DNA of 64,000 nucleotides from the human T2T-CHM13v2.0 reference genome, Homo sapiens (GCF_009914755.1 NC_060926.1); one strand, 5' to 3'; counted from the first letter of the stretch, positions 25,441-44,088 are shown. Notes: generated by a model from the sequence alone, not told the origin. A program made the numbers and translations.

Positions 25441-26919
25441 TTAGCTTCCGTAGCTACCTCTGGAGTATTCTTACACAAGACTCAGACATGCAGCAGCCAG
25501 TAGCATGGATTTGGCCTCTCCAGAAGAAATTTCTCTCTGGGATAAGAAATGAGAGGAGAGAGAAAATCAAGTTACACAGAGATGTTGAGAAGAACAGGAG
25601 AGTGTTAAAGGTGCTTCTATCAGAAGGCATCTATTGTTGCAGTGAGATAAGACTGTAGTTAATCTAACAACAAATATAATCAAATCAAATTGTATTTAAT
25701 ATTTTAAAAGTCAATTGTTCTATTTATTTTATACCAAGAAAGCAAAACAAAATGGGATGTAATGATACAGAAGCATCGTCTCTGAAATTTGCTTTTCAAA
25801 TATTGAGATGGCTTATTTCAACTCTTTGTTTACTGCCATTGGTTATTTATTTCTTATTATGATTCCATAAAATAAATGTGGATGGATTTGTAATATAGGT
25901 GAGAAAATATGCAGAGAGAACTCTCTATTCTCATCATATCAGCCAAATCCAAGTTTTTTTCCACAGTCTATTTCAGTTTGATGGTGGGATTTCTATTTAC
26001 CCCATTTGTTTCCTACTCTCATGGGCAGGATCCCAAATTTTATTTGGTCCACAGTGTAACTAGGTTAGATGATGGGAGGATGGAGGATATTACCACAGAG
26101 CTGTCATGAGTATCTTTACATTCCTGTTTCTGGAGAATTAATCCATAATTGCCTTAAAATTATAAAAGCAATTACATTGCCATTAAAGTGTCTATTGATG
26201 AAACAACCTGTAGAAACAATAAAAATAATATGATCCAAGAACAATTTCTTGACTGACTCAAAAAGATATTTTTCAAAAAATTAAGAACACAAATAAGCTG
26301 ATTATTAACTTTTTCCTCAACTGAGGGTAAACATAAGGCTGCTGCTGGTGGTGTTGCCTTTTTAGGTTCAAAGGTGATCCTGTGAGCAGCGATTTCCAAT
26401 GTGGATAAATACAGCTGAAGAGACTGATGTGTGACCTTTACTTTCCAAATCAAGTGCGTGTGTAATCTGCCCACGGTTAATGCCTGCATCCATATTCAGG
26501 AGAGACATCGACTCCCCTTGGCCCTGGCCCTGGGCCTAAGTGTTTCTATGAATACTGAGCCGGCAACCCACAAAGGCTTTGAAACAAGCCAGCTCACAGA
26601 GCTGCACTCAACTTCCCCAGTAAAAACACAATCTGTCAACATGCTTTAAAAAATACTTTTCATTGCCTTCCTCAGATCATCATTGTCCTGGTTTGGACAG
26701 CAGCATTTCAAGCAAAGTGCTTTTGTTCTCTTTAGAATGATAATGCTCTCTGCAAATGCTTATCAATTATTGACAGCTTTTGTTATATTCTTAGAAGTAA
26801 TGCCACAATAAGCAGTGTTACTAACTTATGACATCCCTTTTCATTACCAATGATTGAATGATTCCCACACATTTTAAACTCCAAATAAGGAGGTGGGGTA
26901 GGGGGCTGCAAAAAGAAAG

Positions 26920-27190
26920 ACAACCCACATACAGATTTCACCTCACTAACGACTTAATTGGCATCACCCCTGGGGTGAAATGTTGTAACACCCTACAACC
27001 CTTTATGACAGGAAGTGAAAATTCCATATCCAATTGGAGCTACAGGGATAATTTAGGGAGGCAGAATGCAATTATCCAATTAGGAATTTAGCCAGAACAG
27101 AAAGGTTAATCCCCCTTAGTCCTTTCAAAAGAGCCCATGGGATCTTTAATGACGACAAGGGGTCAGGACCTGTGTTTTACAACTCAAGCC
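26920..27190 (-). mobile_element. AmnSINE1 (Deu-domain SINE) relic
   Basis: Minus strand reads GTAAAACACAGGTCCTGACCCCTTGTCGTCATTAAAGATCCCATGG...TTCTGGCTAAATTCC...CATTCTGCCTCCCTAAATT...CAATTGGATA...TTCACTTCCTGTC...TTTCACCCCAG, collinear with the AmnSINE1/SINE3 Deu core as I recall it. Confidence 0.88.
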
Positions 27191-28962
27191 AAAAAATTAT
27201 TCAGACTTCTCTGTTACTTTCTGAAAAACAGGGAGGCTCAATCTACCAAATTTCAAAAGAAATATTCTCCAATATCAGAACTTTTCAGAATTTGCAGATT
27301 TCCCGTATTATCCACTCTAGGTTATGAAACCACAGTATAAGTTGGTTTAGCTTGAAAAGCAAGTTTAGTATTTGGCTAACAATGATTCTGTGGCATGGGA
27401 TGCTTTCCTGCACAGAAGACAGAGAATGGCATGGAGTTGGATGCTGACTCAGAGGTTTGGAATGCGCCATTGATGCCTGGCTGGGCTCCAGCTTTTGGCT
27501 TAGAATCTGCCAACTTGGCAGGCTGGGGAATTTGCTGTGGCAATTTTTCAAAATGGGAAGAATCAGTCCAAGGAGAGATTGTTTCTACATTTTAACTACC
27601 AGGACAAGTGACAGGGTCCTCTCTAACAAACAGTCTGGCCCAAGACAGAAAGAGAGGTTAGGCTCAAAGGAGAACCGACAGCCTATTTGCAAGAACCTCT
27701 TGTACAAGTAATACACCTTTTGGGCATTCATTCCAAAGTTCCAGCCAAAGGAAATATGAATTACAAATTTCAGTCTGGGAGGCACAGAACACAGACCTGC
27801 CGGATGCAACAACAAATGGTACTTTTCAGGTCTTCCTATTAGACAGACAGTTATGTCATGGATATTTAGAAGTGAAGCAATTTTTCTTTGGATGTCAGCC
27901 AATACAGGATCATTAAACAGAGCTTTTTGGATTCTCAAGTCTAATATGTCTATAGAGAGGGAGAGAAAAAAAAGTTTTCAGTTAGTAACCAACTATAGCT
28001 TTGCCATATTACTCTTTTAATTCTTCAGCCTTTAATTCCCTTGATAAATTCCAACTGACACAAATATTTTGATGAAACTTGTAGAATGTCCTCAAATATT
28101 GTTTAATTTTCTACAAATTTCAATTTGTCCCAATGATCTACAGAATAATTTTCTTATAAAACCTAAAAAGATAACTTGTAAATAATGTAGGCAATGTATC
28201 AAAGCAGGAAGTAGAGGACTTTAGTTAGCTTTTGTGAATCAATAGAAATTAATACAACCATATCAGTGTGTAATGCAATCAGGTTACAGCACTGCTACTT
28301 ACACATCAGATTGAAATTGATATTGAATTAGCATTAGAAAATGCTTCAATCTCTGTCTTCATCAGAACTTTTAAAAATTTTATCTCACCTTATAGACAAT
28401 ATTGTTGATTTTGGTTTTTAATTAAGTTTTCCGAGAAGGCAAACATTTTATGTGTGGTAATTTAAAAACACCTAAACAATGATTTCTAAAGAAAATGAAT
28501 AAATATTCTGTATACATTTGGAAAGCAAGTTTCTGCTCCTTGTACAATATTACATATTGCATGGTTAAATTTACATTGAAAATAAAATGATAAAATATTA
28601 TTAACTAAAAGAATAAAATAAATAAGTAACCTGAGATGCCCGATAATATTAGTTCCTTTAGAGTGCTTTTGTTTTCTCTTAAAATATTTAATTTTATAGA
28701 ACCTAATGATATCCGAGGAGTCAAAATCTAACATCCATATGCAATTCCAGCATATGTAGGCAAATCTTTTCTAAAATAGTTGAGTTATTGCATTATCTGT
28801 TGTTAAAGTGGATTTATTCTACTCTGCTACTTTCAAGAAGATGACCATCTACATCATTTTATGGTTTCAAAACAAATGTTCACTATTTTTTTCGATTTTA
28901 TTGGATGAGGGAAGGGAAGATAGTTTTCTAATGACAATGATATCTAAGATGTCGAGGATACA

Positions 28963-30374
28963 AGTTTTAGAATGTAGATTTTTCGCCCTAGTTAAGAAGG
29001 CTTTATCCAAAAGAAAGGCAGTAACAAATACTGACAAAGATATGGAGAAAAGGGAACGCTTCTACACTATTGGTGAGAGTGTAAATTAGTACAACCACTA
29101 TTGAAAACAGTTGGGAGGTTTCTCAAAAAACTAAAAATAGAGCTACCACATGATCTAGTAATCTTACTACTAAATATATACCCCCAAAGAAAGGAAATCA
29201 GTATATCGAAGAGATATCTGCACTCCCATGTTTATTGCAGCACCATTCACAATACCCAAAAGTTGAAAGCAACCTAAATATCCATCAATAGATGAATGGG
29301 TAAAGAGAATGTGGTACATATACACAATGGAGTACTATTCAGCCATAGAAAGAATGAGATCCTGTCATTTGTAACAACATGGATGGAACTGGGCATCATT
29401 ATGTTAAGTGAAATAAGCCAGGCACAGAAATGTAAACTTCACATGTTCTCACTTATTTGCAATTGAACTAATGGAGATAGACAATAGAAGGATGGTTACC
29501 AGAGACTAGGAAGGGTAGTGGCAGGGGGTGGAAAGAGGGGATGGTTAATGAATACAAAAATATAATTAGATGGAATTAATAGCATCTAGTATTTGATAGC
29601 ACTACAGGGTGACTACAGTTAACAGTAATTTATTGTGTATTTTTAAATAACTAAAAGAGTATAATTGGGTTGTTCGTAACACAAAGAAAAGATAAATACT
29701 GGAGGTGATTAATACCCCATTTACTCAAATATAATTTTTTGGCATTGTATGCCTATATCCAAATACTTTATGTACCCCATAAATATATACACCAACTATG
29801 TATCCCCAAACATTAAAAATGGAAAAAAATATAGATTTTATAATTATTGAGGTATAACGAGACCAACAGATCAGGAGGTGATTGCCACTGAAAAGCTAGT
29901 TTATTACTCACAGCTTGCAGGAGGAGGGGGCACATCATATATGTCCACTGGGAGAATCACCAGGATCCTTCAGGGGTCGGGAGTTGCAAGGAGGGCAAAA
30001 CACAAGCAAGAGCCTTTGTTGCAGTTTCTCTGGAAAGGAATAGAGGAGGCAAGGAAAGCAGGCTAAGGATTAGCTAGTTGAATAATTTCAGCAGGCTCTG
30101 GTTAACAGAGGTGTCCCTAATTGTCAAGTACCTAGCCCTGGGGTGGTTAGGGCAGAGGAATAGAGCCCCAGAGCGGGAGAGCCCCGTAGAAGAGGTGGTT
30201 GGGGATATGGACTCTGAATTTGTCGGTTTGCATTTGAAAGGCACACTCACAGGGGTGTAATTTACTGTCTCTAGAAATTGACTAGCCCTGGGAGGGACCA
30301 TCTCTCCAGGATCTGCAAGTCTCCTGTTTCAAAAGCATCAGAAATACAGAAACTAAAAGAACGTGATTAATACA
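28963..30374 (-). mobile_element. MER74A LTR; its terminal ~20 bp are separated by an L1 insertion
   Basis: Reverse complement begins TGTATTAATCACGTTCTTTTAGTTTCTGTATTTCTGATGCTTT...CCCTCCCAGGGCTAG, the MER74A 5' end; body at 29828-30374, last bases at 28963-28982. Confidence 0.85.
28983..29830 (+). mobile_element. L1MA2/3-like 3' end
   Basis: GGAAATCAGTATATCGAAGAGATATCTGCACTCCCATG, CTAGTATTTGATAGCACTACAGGGTGACTACAG; TSD AATGTAGATTTT (28971-28982) / AATATAGATTTT (29828-29839). Confidence 0.93.
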
Positions 30375-30559
30375 ATGGACTTTTTCATTTTGTTTTAAGG
30401 AAGTGTGGCAATCAAAATCTTTTTCAGTTTGCCCAGTATGTACTCATTTTCTTTAATGCATGTCCATTTTCTGTTGATTGAGCGATAAGTGTAAAAATTG
30501 TTTAACATCTGCTTATGTAATGAAGTCACCCTTCATTGGAATATCTTTTCTTTGGAGTT

Positions 30560-30760
30560 AACCAGACCCCAAATCAAATCCCACCTTTGCCCATTTTTGT
30601 TTGGGTAATTATGCATAAATTGCTTGTCCAAGCCACACTTTCTTCATTTGTTAAAAAAAAAAAAAATACTTTATCTCTTGATTTGAGGATAAAATGTGAA
30701 AATGCCTGTATAGTGCCCAGAGCTCAGAAAGTGCTCAATGAAAATTCTTACTCTAATTAT
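30560..30760 (+). mobile_element. MIR SINE
   Basis: TCAAATCCCACCTTTGCC...TGAGGATAAAATG...TAGTGCCCAGAGCTCAGAAAGTGCTCAAT. Confidence 0.7.
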
Positions 30761-31137
30761 TCTTTATAAATTGCTAAATTGAAGCCACTAAGATTCTAAG
30801 TAGCCAATAAGATTGCTTTTAGCTTATTCATATCTGTTCCTTTATATTTCCCTAGAGTTGCACTAACCATTTTATAGGAAAACCTTACTATATCAGATAT
30901 TAACGGGCCCAGTTAACGACAGGCACACCTTAACTGCTAGAAACCACCTTTACCATTGGATGGTGGACCTCTATAGAAAACAGGGGCCAACATCACTGAT
31001 TATTAGAGAAATGTAAATCAGAACTGCTGTGAGATACCATCTCATGCCCATCAGAATGGTGATTATTAAAAAGTCAAGAAACAGCAGATGCTGCTGAGGC
31101 TGTGGAGAAATAGGAATGCTTTCATACTGTTGGTGGG

Positions 31138-33661
<2,524 letters not shown>

Positions 33662-36299
33662 GTGGGAATGTAGGTTTGTCCCACCATTGTGGAAGACAGT
33701 GTGGTAATTCTTCAAAACCTAGAATCAGAAATACCATTTGACCCAGCAATTCCATTACTGCATATATACACAAAGGAATATAAATCATTCTATTAAAAAG
33801 ATACTTGCATGTGTATGTTCTATACACCACTATTCTCAATAGCAAAGACATGGAATCAACCCAAATGCCCATCAATGATACACTGGATAAAGAGTATGTG
33901 GTGTATATATGTATACATATATATATACATATATATACACACACACATATATATATATACACACACACTATGGAACACTATGCAGCCATAAAAAGGAATG
34001 AGATCACATCCTTTGCAGGGACATGGATGGAGCTGGAGGCCATTATCCTCAGCACACTAACACAGGAAACAGAAAACTAAACACTGCATGTTCTCATTTA
34101 TAAGTGGGAGCTGAACAATGAGAACACATGAACACATGGGGAAGGAACAACACACGCTGGGACCTGTAGGGTAGGAGGAGGGGAGGGAGAGCATCAGGAT
34201 AAATAGCTAATGCATGTGGGGTTTAATATCTAGGTGATGGGTTAATAGGTGCACCAAACCACTGTGGAACACGTTTACCTATGTAACAAACCTCTACATC
34301 TTACACATGTATCCCAGAACTTAAAATAAAATAAATTTTAAAAAAAGAAAATAAGGGCCAGAAAGTCTTGTATGAATGCAGAAAAGAACGCTGGGGGTGT
34401 ATAGCAAAAGGATTATGTGGCAACTAGTAGGAAGTGGACTGAGAGGCTAGGTAAACTCATAGTCATCATAAAAGACTGTCTAACGAGAGTGAGCCAAGTT
34501 GTTCAAAGCACTTAGGAACAAAAACATAGTAACTTCTTTATCTATACTCATCAAATTAAATAAGATTAGTTAATAAATTTGTAAAACTCTCTTGATAATA
34601 TCATTTTTATTTTCTTAAACATAGTTATGCTTACATATTTTTAAAAGTATATGTTAAAAAGAATTATTTTATAATACAATATTTAAAGGTAAAATTTAAG
34701 TAATTTTTTTACTTCCTCCTTTATTTAAAGAATAGAAACTTCAAATACAGAAATACAAGTATGTCTTTCAGAATCAGAATTGGGATAAGTGGAAGATCTT
34801 ATTCTCAACCGTTTCATATAGAGTTACAACATTTAGATTCTTAATTAGTTTTCTCAACCTTCCATATTCGTCCCCAATCCTGAACTGATCTATATCTGAC
34901 TTCAGCATTTCATCACAGGTCACATCAAGTTTCTGCTGTGTAAAACTCTGCTCTCTTACAGAAGGAGAGGTCCTAGCTATAACTATTTTCTCAAATTTCT
35001 CTCAGAATGGCACCTCCAGAAAAAAAAAATCATCATTTTTCTCTAAGTATTGAAAACTCTATAGTACCATGAAATAGGACCTTCTACGGTTTAAAATAAA
35101 TGTTTGTTTTTTTCTAGCCCTGTAGGTCAATGAATGCCTGACTCCAGTGACAGACCATAATTATCCAAATCTCTCATTTATGAATATGGAATATAAATAT
35201 GCTAAATTGATTATGTCATGAATAGACTTCTTTTTTGCATAACAATGTTTGGAGTTTCTCACCTTTCTCCTCGCCTTCTTTTTCTTCCTTAAATGTAGCC
35301 TGGAGGTTTCCTATCTATTCCATATAACTAAGAGTAATCGTTTATTTAGGAAAGGGTCTCATGTGGTCTAAGATTAGCAATGGCAGATGTGAAGAAAATG
35401 AAGAAGAATGGAAGGGAATATAGATGCACTTCCTCACGCTTTCCAAGACCCTGCAGTGGGGAAGGTCCAAGTAACCAGTTCTGTGACGTGTGCCATTTCC
35501 TAGTTAAGTCAATATCAACTCTGAATGATTCTCGAAAAGCACATGTTGAAGTGGTACAGACAAAAATGAAAGCCTGAAAAGATTTCCACATCACTGTCAA
35601 ATAATAATTAAAAAAAACACTTCTGCAGAAAAACAGTTTATTCAGGTTCTTTCTATGAATGAAAAATGTACTTATATACTTTTATTAAATCTCTGAGATT
35701 TGGGAAAATTGTTTGTTTACACAGATAGGCCTAATTACCCAATTATTGAAACTATCAACACCTCATCCTCAAGTATCATTAGAGAAGGTAGGGTATAAAT
35801 ATTTTCCATCTGTCTGGCACCACGAATTGGAGTTCTGGATATCTTCTTCTAAGAGCATCTTTTCCCAAGAGAATATGCCAATACCATTTCACTTCCAATA
35901 TATGGAGGTGGACAAAAGCCTTACTCTCCCTTAAGTCCCCAGCACCCAATAGAGCATCCCAAATATTCACTAAAAAAAAAAAAAAAAAAAAAAATGTATC
36001 TAACCATTCTGTTTTAAGACAAAATGTACCTCAGTTTTGCAAACATATCAAATAAACACTGGTATTAATGAGCGGCAGCTACACTGAAGAATAGATTTTA
36101 GTTACATACCCTGGAAGGTACACTTTCCCTAACTATTTAATGGAATTAAAAATTGAAGCCACTGGCACATGACTATTACTTTGTTAGCAGGTTCCTAACT
36201 ATGGATTCAAATTCTTTCATGCACATAAGATTGTTGCAATTTCTAATTTCCTCTTCTGTCAGCTTTGAAAATAAAACTCTTTATATCTTGCCTTGGTCT

Positions 36300-39200
<2,901 letters not shown>

Positions 39201-39229
39201 CTCTTTTGAAAGCTAGCTTCTATTTGTGT

Positions 39230-39707
39230 TCAGTCAATAAGAGATAGTGCAACATCAGAAGCATGGCAGACTAGAAGATTTTCTTATCTCTATCTTTCTC
39301 TGTTTGTGGCAGATTCGCTGGAAGTGGCTTCATTCGATTGTAAACTAAGCTATGTTCGGTAGCCCCCCTTGATCCTCTTGTTGGTCCCATCAATGGTTCC
39401 TCCATGGTTCCAGGCCAGCACGGTAGCCCTTCCTCCATTGTTCCATTCCTGTCCTAGGTGGTCGTGTCAACCACAGTGCTCCACATGCAAGGTCTAAGCA
39501 TGTCTGTCCCTTTATCACATTCTGCAACTAGTATCAGTTGCACCAGCCCTGCTTCCTGGTTTCTGGGAGTAGAATCTGCTTGATGCTGTTATCTTTGCTC
39601 TAGACGCTCTGCTGCTAGTAATCTCTGAGTTACCGTATCTTTAAGCCCTTCCAACACTTAGCACCTAGTATAGTTTAAGTTTTGGGGACAGAACCTGAAT
39701 GATAACA
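39230..39707 (+). mobile_element. Old ERVL-type LTR (LTR40/41-like)
   Basis: GCTGCTAGTAATCTCTGAGTTACC...CCCTTCCAACAC...CCTGAATGATAACA resembles the 3' end of this LTR group; weak. Confidence 0.4.
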
Positions 39708-39918
39708 CTTGGCAATATTCTACAGAACAATTAGTTTTGAGACTGGACTTGGAGGTTAATTGCTTAGAACACAAAAGCTTGAATTGTGTTTCTATCTTTG
39801 CACAGTAACAATGAGTTTACTTTTCTAAATACAGACAATGAATAGAAAATAGCTATGCTCAGAAAAGTGACACAAAAAGCAGGATTTACACAGGAATGGC
39901 TTGGACAGTCTTCCATAC

Positions 39919-40280
39919 TGATATGGTTTGGCTGTGTCCCCACCCAAATCTCATCTTGAATTGTAGCTCCCATAATGCCCATGTGTTGTGGGAGGGACCC
40001 AGTGGAAGATAATTGAATCATGAGGGCTGTTTCCCCCACACTATTCTCATGACAGTGAATAAGACTTGTGAGATCTGATGGCTTTTTAAGGGGAAAGCCC
40101 TTTCGCTTGGCTCTCATTCTATCTCTTGTCTGCTGCCATGTAAGACATGCCTTTCACTTTCCACCATGACTGTGTGACCTCCCCAGCCACGTGGAACTGT
40201 GAGTCCATTAAACCTTTTTCTTTATAAATCATCCCATCTTGGGTATGTCTTTATCAGCAAGGTGAAAATAGACTAATACA
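39919..40280 (+). mobile_element. THE1 (THE1C-like) solo LTR
   Basis: TGATATGGTTTGGCTGTGTCCCCACCC...GGGGAAAGCCCTTTCGCTTGGCTCTCATT...GACTAATACA. Confidence 0.95.
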
Positions 40281-40548
40281 CCTATCTCTACAAATCTTAT
40301 CCAGGTTCCTGATCAGCCTACAGGTTTCACCCGATATTCTTGATTTAAAAACAAAAACTGAGGCCAATGGGAATGAACTGCCTCAATGCCTGTGTGCATC
40401 AAATAACACTACTTCTTTGGGTATTCTGTATTCCAAGCCAACCATCCCATCTCTCTTATGATTCCTTTCTCCCCTCAAGCTTTTCAGAAAGTTTGCTTAA
40501 TTGGCTCTTCTCAGCTATATTTATATCTCAGAGCTCTTAATATAGAAA

Positions 40549-41105
40549 TGTGACAGGCAGAATGGCGCCCTCAAAGGGGTCCACACCATAATTTCCAGAA
40601 CCTGTGAGTATATACCTTACATCACAAAAAAGACTTTGCAGATGGAATTGTAATTACAGAGTTTAAAATAGAGAAATCGTCCTGGATTAATCAGATGGGG
40701 CAAATCTAATCACATGAGCAGGAGGTATGAGGTGGAAGGGGAAAGTCAGAGAGATTCAAAACATGAGAGACACGTGACACACCTTTTCTGATTTGAAGAT
40801 GAAAGGGAGAAAATGACAGGACATGCGTGTGACTTCAAGAAGGTGAGAGATTCTCAGCTGCCACGCAGTAGGGAAACAGGGATGTGAGTTTTAGAGCCAC
40901 CAGAAATGGAATTCTGCCAACAATATCCAGCGGCTTGGATGCAGATTCTTCCCTGAACCTCCAAGAAGCAATACAGTTCTGACAACCCATTGATTTTGGC
41001 CTTGAGAGACCCTAAGCAGAGGTTCACTATATGGTGTTGTTTTTAGCCACTAAGTTTGCCACTAAATTTGATATAATTTGTTATGGCAGCAATAAGAAAC
41101 CAACA
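40549..41105 (+). mobile_element. MLT1E-type LTR
   Basis: TGTGACAGGCAGAAT, AGAACCTGTGA, GACTTTGCAGATG, ATTCTGCCAACAA, GCCACTAAGTTTG, TTGTTATGGCAGCAATA. Confidence 0.85.
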
Positions 41106-41227
41106 GAATAAATGTGAACAATATCGCTATAAAAGGTTTACAATTTAAGACAAAACCTCTGCTAAACTCAGACCATTTAGCTACCTTCTGATTTTTCTCT
41201 TTCCTATTTTTTCCATCTTCTTTTAAG

Positions 41228-41288
41228 GTGGAAGACTAAGATCAGATTTTCAGCAGGTCTGCTTTCTCTTGAGGCCTCTCTTCTTGCA
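41228..41288 (-). mobile_element. MLT1B-type LTR middle fragment (antisense)
   Basis: Reverse complement TGCAAGAAGAGAGGCCTCAAGAGAAAGCAGACCTGCTGAAAATCTGATCTTAGTCTTCCA. Confidence 0.7.
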
Positions 41289-41788
41289 TAACAATTTGTT
41301 TCTCACTTACATAGAATACATATATTCTCAACGGAATTTACTTAGCTTGTCAATTCAGATAGATTTTTTAATCAAATTTCATAAAAAAATCAAAATTATT
41401 CCGTATCAAAATTTGTTTAAAATGTATATGTGCACAATATGTAAATGGTGGCTAAGAGGTAAATTGGAAATTCTTGCTCAATATGGAGTATTTTTCAATA
41501 TTTAAATAAATGCTTTGTTGTAAATATTATTATTGTGATTTGATGTAATTTTTATTGGATAGAAAGGCCAAATGGAAGAGATTTATCTTTGAGGTTTTGC
41601 CAATTAAAATCATCTGGTCTGGAGGGGTCTTTAGGCAAAGAGCTGGCAGTGAGATGAGGAAAAGTTTCTTTGAACCTGAAAAGGTTGAGCCCAAGTCACT
41701 AGGAGGTCTCTGCTGGCCTGCATTAAATTAGCTTCAATGAATGGAAGGAGAGGAGGCTACATAGCAACAGTGAGGAAGGAAAGGGAAG

Positions 41789-41988
41789 TGTATGGGCTAA
41801 ATTGTGCATATTACCTCCAAAAAATATAGTAACTGTATTTGGAGACAGGAGGTAATCAAGTTTAAATGGGGTTGTGAGGGTGGAGCCTAGTTTAATGGGT
41901 TGTTGTCCTGAAAAGAAGAGGAAAAGACATCAGGGAAATGTGTGCACAGGAGAAGGGTCATGTGGGACACAGCAAGAAGGTGGCCATC
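41789..41988 (+). mobile_element. MLT1B-type LTR 5' half
   Basis: TGTATGGGCTAAATTGTG...ACTGTATTTGGAGACAGG...GGACACAGCAAGAAGGTGGCCATC, then an abrupt end. Confidence 0.8.
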
Positions 41989-43271
41989 CACCTTCTGGTT
42001 TGAAGATGAAAGGGAGAAAGGGAGAAAATGACAGGAAATGCATGGGACTTCAAGCAGAGCTTAAGCAGTAGCTAAAAACTGTAGAACTTCAGAGACTATA
42101 TTCTATGACAACACGTGGAAACAGCAAGTAAGTGTGATATAGTCCAGGGTGGCACATGTTTAGAATATGAGAGAAGTGCTTTTTTTCCCCCATTCATATT
42201 TCAGAATGACCAGACAGAATGCTAGCAATGGAGTTACAAATTAAAAAATGGGCCTCCAACTACAATAAGCTAGCTCAGATTGGGAAACAACAAAAAGGAT
42301 CAATGGATTACTTTTGTACAAATGTGGTGACATATTTAGCCATGATCACTCCTCCCAGGGTACAAAAAAAAATGAAATATGACTCACAAGGTTGCACTTA
42401 GGACTCATGCCTGCAAAAATTCCCAATGGGCATTAAATTTTTTTTTCAATGATAATGCTTAAAGATGCTATCTTCAGTTACTTAGAATATTTATTTTTAT
42501 GAAAAAATCATTACTTTATGATAAAGAGTAATAGTGCCTCCATTAAGATAGAATAACAGTATTTATGGGGCATCTGCCCTTCAAAGTCTTCAATTCTTCT
42601 ATCTTCCCTGTAGAGAGCTGTGTGTCCCCTTGAACAGCTGTGGAACAGTTGTACAGGTGACAAGTGTCCTGCCTGGCCTCCCTGGACCATGCAAAGGAAG
42701 CAGGAATCAAAACCAATATGTGTATTCTGAGATCTCACACTTCTTCTATCCATCCACAATGTTTCCCAAGGACCATGACATTTTTACCTGCATGGATTTT
42801 CTGGAAGAAATATTTCTGGGGGTAAAAGTGGATGCAGAATGAAACTTTTCAAATGATTTCCTTTCAGGATATTTAAATCTTCCTGGGGCAAAAACTGTAG
42901 GCTTTGGTGGTGAAAAGGAACTCTAGGCACAGGTTGTTACCCGAGCACCGCCACATTCCCTAGAAGGGATTCGGAGTTACAAGGCCAGCATCTCCACAAT
43001 TGCTGCTGTGTTTATAAGGAGGTGAGCAGTTAGGAAGAATTGAGTTTCTTTTGAATGCACAGGAGAAAACAAGCCAAAAAAATTGTCACTTAAAGGCTTT
43101 ATGGAACTTTTATAAAGAAGAATAAATATAATAAATTCATCTATGTGCAAACAAAAATAGGGAGTAAATTAAATGTATGAAAATAGTCACCCAATTAAAT
43201 AAACATCTCCACAGTGGATACAATCAAACATAACTTTCTTAGGTTATGCACATTGCCTTCTTCCTGCCTCA

Positions 43272-43700
<429 letters not shown>

Positions 43701-44088
43701 CTAACCAAGAATAGGAAAATGTGTATGTTTTTGCCATTAAAACATACATGGCTTAGTTTTTACTACAAGTTTAGACAAGTGAAAATGTAAGGTATTACTT
43801 TATGAGTCATGTGATAGTGACACTTCTTATCCTACATTTTTCTTTTGTAACTCATCCAACTCTAGCTTGCCCAGAACACTAGCCACCTATTGCTAGCTGC
43901 TACACACATTTGCTCATGGAACAACCTGTGAGGCCTCTTCAAAGTCAGGTCATCCAACCCTGCAGCCTGCTGGAAAGTGGAATGGCTGTTCCAGGCCACC
44001 AGCAGACACCCAGCGGTTACCAACGTCAATGGAAGCATGCTGAATGGTGCAGCCTCAGCGCCTGAGCTCCCTGGAATCCCTACAGTGA

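Noticed and set aside
27395-27938. Overlapping 66-117 aa ORFs beside the AmnSINE1
   Set aside because: No homology recognised, mostly non-ATG starts, present on both strands.
35972-35994. Orphan A23 run as a processed-pseudogene tail
   Set aside because: No convincing AATAAA just upstream, no TSD and no recognisable mRNA body.
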